Virus record (IMG/VR): IMGVR_UViG_3300033388_001337
Origin: an uncultured virus (IMG/VR IMGVR_UViG_3300033388_001337)
Lineage: Duplodnaviria; Heunggongvirae; Uroviricota; Caudoviricetes; Crassvirales
Direction: 5' to 3' (one strand)
Length of the DNA: 64,000 nucleotides
Part shown: positions 20,315 to 30,500 of the stretch, one piece after another
Numbering within the stretch: position 1 is the first letter of the stretch
Layout of the letters: every line of letters begins with the position of its first letter
Notes under the pieces: model-generated
Told to the model about the DNA's origin: nothing
Databases searched by the model: none
What the model saw: the letters and a program-made list of their open reading frames with translations, nothing else
Program-made: the position numbers and the translations under genes

Positions 20315-21103
20315 ATGTCAGGAACATCGATACCAACTTGTCCAACCTTATCGTATAGCGGGCCTCCTGTAAACGGATGGCCATCGTTTTATTCTTTCTG
20401 TCCTGAGTGGATGCAAGGAATGAATAACTTTTTTTATTCATTTAAGAATGGCGAGTTGTATAGACATAATACTAACAACGCAAGAAACACTTACTACGGA
20501 ATATTTAGTCCCTCAACTATAACAGGAGTGTTTAATCAAGAACCACAAACTATTAAATTATTTAAAACAATGTCTCTCGAGTCAGATGCCTCATGGGCGG
20601 CTACAGAATTGTTTACAGATTTGAGTACAGGATCAATGCTGAACACTTATTTTGAACAAAAAGAAGGCGAGTGGTTTTCTTTTATTAGAGCTAATGCAGG
20701 AACAGTAAATTGGAATATGCGTTCAGCAAATGGTATAGGAAATAACAACGCTGTATCAGGGCCTGTAGCGGCAACTGTTATAGGTTTTGCAGCTCCTAAT
20801 TCTCCTGGTTACATTATATCTGTAGGAGATATAGCTTATTGGAACAATGGTGGAGCGGCTACTTTAATAGGGCCTGTAACAGCTGTTAACAATAGCAATA
20901 CAGTAAACCAGTCATCTATAACTGTTGATGCTTCAGCTACTGCACAACCACCAGTAGGTGCATTTATTATGTACATAAAAGATGCAGTTGCAGAGTCACA
21001 TGGAGCTAGAGGATATTATATGCAATTTACTATTTCAAATTCACTAACTACGCCTGTTGAATTATTTGCTGTAGGAAGTAGCGTGATGAAAAGTTATCCA
21101 TAG
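20315..21103 (+). CDS. Tail protein, probable C-terminal part of the muzzle/stabilisation protein
   Basis: 'GWPSFYSFCPEWM', 'FYSFKNGELYRHN', 'KLFKTMSLESD', 'FEQKEGEWFSFI', 'RGYYM...ELFAV'. Confidence 0.6.
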   Translation: MSGTSIPTCPTLSYSGPPVNGWPSFYSFCPEWMQGMNNFFYSFKNGELYRHNTNNARNTYYGIFSPSTITGVFNQEPQTIKLFKTMSLESDASWAATELFTDLSTGSMLNTYFEQKEGEWFSFIRANAGTVNWNMRSANGIGNNNAVSGPVAATVIGFAAPNSPGYIISVGDIAYWNNGGAATLIGPVTAVNNSNTVNQSSITVDASATAQPPVGAFIMYIKDAVAESHGARGYYMQFTISNSLTTPVELFAVGSSVMKSYP

Positions 21104-21111
21104 ATTTTTAT

Positions 21112-21119
21112 TATCTTTG
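21112..21119 (+). promoter_or_regulatory. Bacteroidota-type -7 promoter element (TATCTTTG)
   Basis: TAnnTTTG in the gap before ORF 21125. Confidence 0.5.
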
Positions 21120-21124
21120 CGTAA

Positions 21125-21535
21125 ATGGATTTGGATATTAGAGTATTAAAAGAAGGGGATTACGAAGATATATTAGTAAAATGGTGGAAAGATTGGAGAT
21201 GGACTCCCCCTTCAAAAGAATTTTTACCTGAAGATGGCAAGGGAGGTTATATAGTATATGACGGAGAAACTCCTGTGTGTGCAGGATTTATGTATCTTAC
21301 AAATTCAAAAGTAGTGTGGTGTGATTGGATAGTTTCTAATTTTCAATACAAAGACAGGGAAAAAAGAAAACAAGCTATTTATTTATTAATAGCAACTATA
21401 AGCCAAATGGCTAAAGATTTAGAAAAAAAATATGTTTATGCTTTATTAAAAAATCAACCTTTAATAAACGCATACAAACAACTAGGGTATCAAGAAGGTA
21501 GTACATATACTCAAGAAATGATAAAAATATTATAA
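21125..21535 (+). CDS. GNAT-fold acetyltransferase-like protein (position of internal virion protein A)
   Basis: 'GYIVYDGETPVCAGF', 'INAYKQLGY' GNAT-like motifs; lies between tail and ejection genes. Confidence 0.6.
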   Translation: MDLDIRVLKEGDYEDILVKWWKDWRWTPPSKEFLPEDGKGGYIVYDGETPVCAGFMYLTNSKVVWCDWIVSNFQYKDREKRKQAIYLLIATISQMAKDLEKKYVYALLKNQPLINAYKQLGYQEGSTYTQEMIKIL

Positions 21536-21536
21536 T

Positions 21537-22340
21537 ATGGCAGCAGTAACATCATCTATAGTCGGGATTGCTTCGGGAGCTTTTGGTGCTTATCAATCTT
21601 TTAAACAAGCAGCAGACGCAAAATCCGCTGCAGCAAAGGCCGCAAAAGATTCTAAAAAATTAATGGCAGAAGCAAAGCTAATGGCAGAAAAGAACTTCTT
21701 TGAAGGTCTTAATGTTCCTATGGGTGCATACGAAAGACAAAGAGAGGAAAATCTTGTTGCTGGTCAACAAGCTATTGCAGCACTACAAGAAGGGGATCAA
21801 AGAGCTTTAGCTGGTGGTGTAGGTTCTGTAAATCAAGCACAAACTGTAGCATCTGAAAATTTAAGAAATGATTTAGGTCAAGCTTTGTATGATAATGAAA
21901 AAATGAAAGCTGAAGAAAGAAAGTCGATAAATGAAAACTTAATTGCAGCAAATGTAGGTGAAGCCAAAGATTTAAGAGCTGAAGCAGATTATCAAGAAAG
22001 AGCTAGAAAACAATCTATGATGTCTGGAGTTACTTCAGCATTAGGTGCTGTTAGTTCTGCAGCAGACTTAGTGCCTTTGTATGGTAAAAGCAAAAGCGCT
22101 AAACGTGCTGAATCAATTTATAAAGCAAACGAAAGTGCATTTAAAGAGAAAGGTATTGGTTCTGCAAGAGCGCAAAGATTACTTTCTAACCTTGATAAAA
22201 ACCAACTAAAAGATTTAAGTAAAGAAGGAGCAACTTTTGATTTTGAGACTATATTTGGTAAAGGTAGAAAAAATCAAGCTGGAACAATGATGCTGTATGA
22301 AGGGGATATAGGGTATTATGATGATCCTTCAGACGATTAA
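21537..22340 (+). CDS. Putative ejected (internal virion) protein
   Basis: Ala/Gly-rich hydrophobic N-terminus then Ala/Gln coiled coil; first of three size-increasing genes. Confidence 0.6.
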   Translation: MAAVTSSIVGIASGAFGAYQSFKQAADAKSAAAKAAKDSKKLMAEAKLMAEKNFFEGLNVPMGAYERQREENLVAGQQAIAALQEGDQRALAGGVGSVNQAQTVASENLRNDLGQALYDNEKMKAEERKSINENLIAANVGEAKDLRAEADYQERARKQSMMSGVTSALGAVSSAADLVPLYGKSKSAKRAESIYKANESAFKEKGIGSARAQRLLSNLDKNQLKDLSKEGATFDFETIFGKGRKNQAGTMMLYEGDIGYYDDPSDD

Positions 22341-22349
22341 AATAAAAAT

Positions 22350-24539
22350 ATGGCTAATTTAAAAGATAAAAATTTCTGGTCAGTCAGAGGCGAAAAAAGT
22401 GTTGCTGAAACACAAATCGATTGGAGTGCGGTATCTAAAGATGTTACGACAACTTTAGAAACAATTCGTGATGAAAGAGCTGCAGCTAAACAAGCTATAG
22501 AAGACTCAACCAATGAGATGATGAAAGAGTTGATGAAAGGTGAAGACATCAACAACGCCACATTATCTACAGCATTAATTGACGGAGGACAGAGTGGAGC
22601 AGACGCTTTACAAGTTCAATTTGATTTACTGAAAAAAGGATTAATAAAGCCAAAAGATTATAAAATCTTTATGCAGAAGCAACAGAATGCATACACTAAC
22701 CTTAAAAATGTTGTTACTAACTGGGATGCGTGGGATACTAAATCTAAAGAAAGATTAGCTATCGACCCTGCTACTGGACTTCAAATTGCATCACAACTAG
22801 AACAAGACTTTAATATAAGCACTTCAGCTTTTGGAAATATGGAAAACGTAAAGTTTATACCAACTGAAGACGGTGGTATGGAAGCGGTTAGATTTATTTA
22901 CGATGAAGCCACTCAGCAATACGTAATGCCAGACAGAGATAAGAACCCTGAAAACTTTATGAACCCTAATGTTATTGGTGCAAGACAAAGATTTGAAATG
23001 AACACCACTGATATTACAACTTCAATGAAGAAGCAAACAGATGCTTTAGGTCAATTTTTAAGAGAAGAACAAATACGTTCTGGTAGAATATTTCAATCTG
23101 TAGAAGATTTTAAAGACTCTCCTAATTATTTATCAGCTAAAGAAGCTGCAATAAAAGCGCTAGCTACTACTGATTTACAGAAAGCTAATATAGCTGGTCA
23201 AATGGGGTATAGGTTTGCAATGAGTGAAGACCAAAAAGAAAAGATGATTAGCGAAGGAGTGGATGCAAGTAAAATTATCATGTATAAAGCAAATGACGGA
23301 AGACCTTCTTTTGCTGATGATGCATTTGATAATGTGGGTATAGAAGAGTTTTTAGGAAATAGATTTGATTCTCAATTAACAGACACATTAAAATTAGAGA
23401 AAGGTATTGACCCAATAAAACCATCTGCTAGTGAAACTTTAATAGAGCAAAAAGAAGAGAAAAAAGGTACGACAATTAGAGATTACAATAAGATATTAAC
23501 TTCAGATAATCTTGATGATGTACAAACTAGTTTAGAAGGACTAATTCAAAGTTATAATCAAGGTGTTAGAGAAGAGGGTGGTAAAGGAGCAGGTAAGGCT
23601 ATTGTAAGTTATGAGTTAACTGATAATGCAATTATATTTAAATATGCAGACGGAAGCGCTAGTGACCCTATTGAAAGAATAGACCCAGGGCCTGATGGTC
23701 AATTCGGAACTGATGACGATGTAATAGTAGATATGTCAGCTCAAATATACGCTATGAGTGAAGCCTTAACTCCTGATATTTTTGATAATTCTACAGAGGT
23801 AACAGACTGGATTACAGAAAATAATTTTGAGGTAGGAGATCAAAGAAGAGTAACTGCAGAGGAGGCTAAAGAAATGTTAGCAGGAGAGAATGGTCAAACT
23901 ATCAGAGATAATGCTATAGCTAGAATTAGAGCTAAAAAGAATGAGAAAGAGGAAGGAAGTGGAGATAATTATAATCCAAGTGAAGAGGAGATAATTAGAG
24001 ATATTGTTCAGTCAGGTAAAGATGCGTTTAGTGTAACTTTAGGTGGATCAGAGCCTTACAACATAGACGAAACTGCTAATGCTGAAACATTCAGTGCAGG
24101 CTTGCAGATTGACGGAAGTACTAGAACTGATATGTTGGCTGGAACATTTAATCCACCACTTAACCTAATTTCTAACTCACTATTAACCGCTTTAGGTCAA
24201 ATGTTACCAACAGAGCTTATAGATGATATGAGAAAGAAAGGATTAACATTAGATGTTAATCTTATAGATTTAGATGCTGATGAAAACGCAAATACAGATA
24301 AAGGTAAAATGGTATTTACTTTTGGAAAGAAAGGTCAGGCTGGATACCAGGAGTTTGTATTAGATTTTAGTGACCCGTCAGAATTTGGTGGTACTGAAAT
24401 GGGAGAGATTCCTTTTAATGTGATATTAAAAAATGCTGAAGATGGATTCATAAAAAGAATTTTAGATTACGCAAACGAACAAAGAGGACAGAAAACACAA
24501 AAAGGAGGTATAGGTGGTAAGAAAAAATTTAACGGATAA
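22350..24539 (+). CDS. Putative ejected (internal virion) protein
   Basis: 729 aa acidic helical protein in the ejection-gene position. Confidence 0.55.
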   Translation: MANLKDKNFWSVRGEKSVAETQIDWSAVSKDVTTTLETIRDERAAAKQAIEDSTNEMMKELMKGEDINNATLSTALIDGGQSGADALQVQFDLLKKGLIKPKDYKIFMQKQQNAYTNLKNVVTNWDAWDTKSKERLAIDPATGLQIASQLEQDFNISTSAFGNMENVKFIPTEDGGMEAVRFIYDEATQQYVMPDRDKNPENFMNPNVIGARQRFEMNTTDITTSMKKQTDALGQFLREEQIRSGRIFQSVEDFKDSPNYLSAKEAAIKALATTDLQKANIAGQMGYRFAMSEDQKEKMISEGVDASKIIMYKANDGRPSFADDAFDNVGIEEFLGNRFDSQLTDTLKLEKGIDPIKPSASETLIEQKEEKKGTTIRDYNKILTSDNLDDVQTSLEGLIQSYNQGVREEGGKGAGKAIVSYELTDNAIIFKYADGSASDPIERIDPGPDGQFGTDDDVIVDMSAQIYAMSEALTPDIFDNSTEVTDWITENNFEVGDQRRVTAEEAKEMLAGENGQTIRDNAIARIRAKKNEKEEGSGDNYNPSEEEIIRDIVQSGKDAFSVTLGGSEPYNIDETANAETFSAGLQIDGSTRTDMLAGTFNPPLNLISNSLLTALGQMLPTELIDDMRKKGLTLDVNLIDLDADENANTDKGKMVFTFGKKGQAGYQEFVLDFSDPSEFGGTEMGEIPFNVILKNAEDGFIKRILDYANEQRGQKTQKGGIGGKKKFNG

Positions 24540-24544
24540 TAATT

Positions 24545-27500
24545 ATGGAGAACAAATTATTTGAAGAACTATATAGTTATTTCTCAGACGAAGGACTTAC
24601 AGACCTTGCAGCTGAGGAATTTTTTAATGCTTATAAAGATATAGAAAGCCCGCAGTATAGCGAGCTTTATCAATATCTTTTTGATGAAGGCATGACCGAC
24701 CTTTCTAAAGAAGAGTTCAACGAAAAATACTTTACAGAACAAGTCGTTGAAAAAAAAAATCCCGACCTTACTCCTGTCGTACCTGGTGGGCCTGGTTCAC
24801 CAGACGCTCCATCAAATTTCACGCCAGAGGAGGAAGATACGGAATCTCCTACCACACCCCAAGTAACACCACCTTCATCGGATATTGGAGAAGAAGAAAT
24901 AATTGAAGAAGAGCCTGAAGAAGAAACTGTAACTTATACCGCATCACTAGGCGGTGATGGTACACCTGAAACCGAAGATCAGAATATTGTAAGAACAACT
25001 GATGTAACGCCTGGACTAAACCCTCAAGGAGAAAAAATAACTGCAATAGAAGAGCTTTTTGGCTACAATGGCTTCACAGATTTCTTTGGTGACATGTATA
25101 GAGGAGTAGAAGTGGGAGCTGCGCAAGCAGACGCTGTAGACGAATACATGGCTTTAGCACTATCCAACCCTAACAATATAAGCGATGAAGATGTCGCTGA
25201 TTATTTAGAAGCTCTAGAGCGTTTAGAAAGTCAGCCTGAGTCTAAAGAAATGGAGGAGTTTAGAAAAGTCTCTGCAGCTAACGGTGGTGGATTTATGGGT
25301 ATGATGGTTGGTTTAATGCAGAATTTTTCTATAGCACCAGCTGTTATGTTGCAGTCGCTTAGAAGCATGTTAAATGCTTACTCACTAGCTACAGGGGGAG
25401 CAAGTGCAGTGGTAGTAGGAAAAGCTTCAGCCGCAGCCAGCGCAGGTTTAGCCGCAGCAGCTAGTTCATTTACAGGGCCAGGTGCGGCAATCGCAGGTAC
25501 TTTAGCTGGTTTGATAGGAGGAACTACAGGAGCTATCGGAGGATTTATTGGGGGAGCAACAACTGCCTTAGAAGGAGCATTATCTTTTGGCGAATTTTTT
25601 AAAGAAGAAATAGAAAAACAAGACCTACCTGTAAATGAAAGGGGTGTTAAAACTATTTTACAAGACCCTGAAGCTATGGCTCGTATAAGAAACAGAGCTT
25701 TGTCTAGAGGTTTTACTATTGGTACAGTGGAGGCTTTAACTTTTGGATTATCAAAAGGTGCAGTAACAGGCATAGCAAAAGTAGGAACAGAAGGGGTTAA
25801 GAAAGGAATATTGGCTGGAACTATGAAAGGGACTAGGGCTATTCAAGCTAGTAATATTTCGGCTGCAGCTGCAGCTTACGCTATAGAAGCAGGAGGAGGT
25901 TCGTTAGGTGAAGTATTAGGTAGAGTAGCGGCAGACCAAGAGATGGATGAAATAGATATATTTCTAGAAGGTATTGCTGGAACATCTACAGCACCAATAT
26001 CTTTAGCCTCTGGTTTAATGAAAGTTCCTAAATATAAGATTAATGGAAAGCCTGCGACTCAAGCAGACGTAGATGCTTTACTTAAAAAAGTAGAAGACGG
26101 AGGAATGACTATGGAAGAATTAGCTTCTCCTGAGTTAAACATTGAGGTTTTTAACGACCCTGTTAGAAAAAAAATTATTACCGATGCTAAGTCATATGCT
26201 AAATTAGGATTAGAGTTAGACCCTAACATTACAGAGTTTGCTGATAAAAAATTAGCAATAGATTTAGAGTACAAGAAAAGAGCAATTAAAAATCCAGATT
26301 TAGAAACATCAAAAGAAACTATTAAAAAAATTGATAAAGTATTAAAAGCTATATCTAATAAATACAACGGAACGCTAGATGCGGAAGCAAAAGCAGAATT
26401 AATAAAAGAAGGTGTGGAAAGTCCCACCCAAGAACAAATAACAGAAAGAGCCAATGCCATTTTTAAGCGAATCACAGAGACGGTGGATGTACAAAAACTT
26501 ACCACGGGTCGCAGCAAAGTGGGAAAAAGAGACGAATCCGAACAAGAAACTACCGAACAAAGTCAGGAAGAAGCCGAAGTTGCAGCTACCGAGACGGAGA
26601 AGACGGAAGTAACAGACCAAGATGCTATAGACGCATTGAACGAGGAGGGTATCACAGATCCTACAGACAAACAAGTAGCCGACAAGAAACAATCTTTACA
26701 AGTAGAGGTTGATAAACTAGAAGAGCAAAAAGAACCAGCCATGCAGCGTAATGAGTCTACAGAAACTGAGACCACTACTAAGGATGGTTCTAAAATTAAA
26801 GTTGCAGTAGAAAAGGTTATGGATAATTTATTTAATTATCAAGGAAAACCTATAACAAATAAAGTAGCAAGAGTAGCCTACAACAAAACAGTTAATATAG
26901 CAAAAAGAGCAGCTAAAGCAGCAAAAAGGATACTTCCTAAAACTAAAATAGTTTTAGTTGAAGACCCTGATACTTTTACACTACTTACAGGTAAACCAGA
27001 TGCTGCAGGTGAATATTCCGTAGCTGACAATACAATATATATTAACACCTCAAAAGCTACTACAGCCACTATAGCTCACGAAATAGGGCATGCTGCATTC
27101 ATTCAGGCTCTTAAAAAAAGTGAAAAAAATATTACTGCGGTAACAACCAGAATGTTTGAGTCTTTAAAAAACTCTAAAGCTTTAAATAACATTAGAGTAA
27201 CTTATACAGACACTAGAACAGGTAAAAAAGTTAAAGAAACCTTAGAAGATTATTTAAATAAGTTTGCTGAACAATACGAGTCTAATTTACAAAACGAAGA
27301 AAAATTAATGGAGGCTATAGGATTTTTAGCTGGTAACTTTTCAAGGTTAGATATAAAAGAACAAGGCACTATAAGAAAGTTTGTAAATAAAATTCTTAAG
27401 GCTTTAAAATTAGATAGATTTGTTAGTGAAGTAACTAAAACAGATAGGCAGATTGTGCAATTCATGAATGCTATTGCAGGAAAAGTTGCATCAGGTACTG

Positions 27501-30500
27501 AACTAACCACAGAAGACTTGTCTATCTTGCAAGAAATAGAACAAGAGGTGGCGGCTGAAGAAGCAGCTGCGCCTAAAAAGAAAGCGCCTAAGAAGAAAGC
27601 ACCTAAAAAGAAAGCACCTAAGAAGAAAGCACCATCTAAAAAAACTCCGAAGGCTGAACCAAAACCTAAAGCTACTAAGAAATCAACAGTAAAAGGCCAA
27701 CAAGAAGAAGAGGTTGTTGTTGAAGATGCAACGCAAACTGAATTACAGTTTGATAAAGAATTGTCTGAAACAGGAACAGCTGCGGTAGGAAACCCTACAG
27801 AAATAGCTAGCCCAGAGCAAGAGTTACAGAATGAAATTGAATCTATCGAAGAAGAAAGAGATGCAGAGATTGCAGCAATACAAGAAGAAATAAGTTCAGT
27901 AAAGATAGATTTAAAAAATGATTTAATAGGAAAAACTAAGGATCAGAAAATAGAACTTAGAGAAGAGGCAAAAGCAACTCTTGATGACCTTAAATTCGAA
28001 ATAAGTGAAATAAAAAGAGAAGCTAAAAAAGCAATAACTCAAGCTAAAAAAGACGCAAAGAAGGGTATAAGTGATAGAAGTCAAATAAACTTTAGAGAGT
28101 CTTACGACATGTCGTTAGTAAAACCTTCTGATAAAATAGATATAAACGCACTCATAAAAGACATACAAAATAAAAAACAAAAGGTTTGGTTCTGGACAGC
28201 CGATCAGCTTGGTGCGGGTATGGTAGATGGGCAGATGATGGATGCTGGCCCGAGCTATGCTTTACAGCCAGAAAACAGAGAAAAAGGTATTATATGGGCT
28301 GCCTCAAAGTCCCCTAAATTAATTAATGACAAAATAAAAGAATCAGATTATATTTTTATAATGAGCGGTTCTCCAACAAAATCTCAACTGTTTAATAAAA
28401 AAGTATATGATGCTTTTGTAAGTAAGCTGGGCGATTTCAATGTGTTTAAAAAAGAAGTGCTTGGTATGAAAAAGGTAGTTGGAGTTGTTAAGAATATATT
28501 AAACAAACATGAGGGCTGGGCTTCGTTAAGAAGAAGTCCTGAAAGAAAAGCTTTTTTAAATGCTTTAGTAAATCAATTTGATAAAAAAGGTACAGAGTTA
28601 AAATTACTTTTAGAAAAACAAAATGCTGTAATAGATTTAAATAAATTTAGAGATGGTTTCTATAAAGCAAATAACTTTGGTATGAATGACATTATGTTGG
28701 TTCTAAAGCCAACTAAAGCTGGTGGTCAGTCTCAACACTCTACTTATGGTACTGATATTTTAGGCGAGGTAGTAGGTGTTCCTGATAGAAAGGTAAACGC
28801 ATTTAATATAATGCCTGCAGAGTTAAAGGCTAAATATGAAAGACCATTAACTTTATCGGAACAATCTCAAGCTGTAGCTCCTTACGGTATCGGTGTAAGA
28901 GACGTAGAGTTAACTGAAAGACAGCAAAAAAACTTTGCAAGGTTTATTGATAACTACCAAATTAATGAAAGAGGATTTATGCCATCTACGGTATTTGATG
29001 TAGGAAGATTAAAAAGAGAAGCAAAGGAATTTGGATATGGTGTTAGAACAGCTAGATTTAGAGAAGGGTATAGAGCGGGAGAAATTTCTGGCTACTACTT
29101 AACCAAGAATGGTAAGTTTTTTAATCCTCGAGCTAGATATCAAATGATTGATTCTAACAATCCAATCGAAGTAATTGTCGATGCTAGAAAAAATAAAATA
29201 TCAGACGCAGCTATAAAAATAAAACTTAGAGCTGATGGTCTAAGCACATCTCAAATAGCCGCAGCTTTAGAAAACGCTGAACTCTTTGCAGACATAAGCA
29301 CTCAAGTTCCTTCAGCCTTTTTAATTTTAGGCGACAAGGTTGGAAGAAAAGTATATAATCGTGTTGTTGACTTTGTGAAAAAAACAAACATAGAAAACGC
29401 TAAAAAGAAATACAGAATGAGCGATGCAGAAATGGCTGCTATAGCTGATAAAAAAGAAAAGGCGTTAAGAAAAAAAGCTAAATTAAAATCTCCTGATACA
29501 ATTAAAGAAGAGGTGGCTGACTTTACAGCAAGGATGAAAAAGAAAAATCCAAAGCTTACTCAAGATGAATTGAATGAGTTGGCTGTAAAAAAAGCTAATG
29601 ATATAAATAGAGTAGAAGAGAAAAAGCTTAATACAATTAACAAGGCCATGAGAAAGTTTCGTGAAGACCAGGTTAAAAGAAACAACTCTAAACCAGCCAA
29701 ACTAACAAAAGCAGAAATTATTGATAAAGCTATAGAGGTTTTACAAACTGACCCCGCTTATATAGATGCTGCAGGTAAAGTAGAGGGTAAGTCAGATTTA
29801 CAAAGTTTAATGGTAGATCAGCTGATTGTAGCGCTATCTACTAAAGCTGCCTTAGATACAAATACTAAAGTTGAACAGGCTAAACAAAGAATAAAAAAAC
29901 AAACTAAAGGTAAGGTTAAGATAAATACTAAAAAAGATTTGTTTTATACACAAACTCAGTTAATTAATTTAATTAAAAAAACTATACCAGCTGCTCAGTT
30001 TAACAAGAAGCAAGTTAAAGACCTTATGGCTAAGGTAAGAGACTTGGTAAAGCCAGGGATAAATGTAGAACAAGTCTTTAATGAAGTTGTTGCTGAAATT
30101 AATACTATTAATAGTAAAATTTTACAACAAGAAATGACTGGCATACTAACCAAAAAGTATGAAAGTAAAAGTGGTGGTGTTACCAGAGCAAAAGAAGTAA
30201 TAGGTGATGTTGCAGCAAGAATAAAAAATATACTTAAAAACACTTTAGTAGAAGAAAATAAAAACTTAGACATAGATGAATTAGATAATCAGGTTACTAA
30301 GAAAAATGCTCAACTTCAAGACAGGATGAATGAATTAGAAGCGGAGATAAAAGGTAGTCCAGAAAATGTTGAGGAACTTGTAAACGAGATGGCTGATATA
30401 CAATTAGCAATGATGATTAACAGTACTTTAACTTTAGAAGATAGTTCTACAGCTAAAGTAGAAGAGTTAAACTCTATTTTGCAAAACTTAGATGAGTTAT

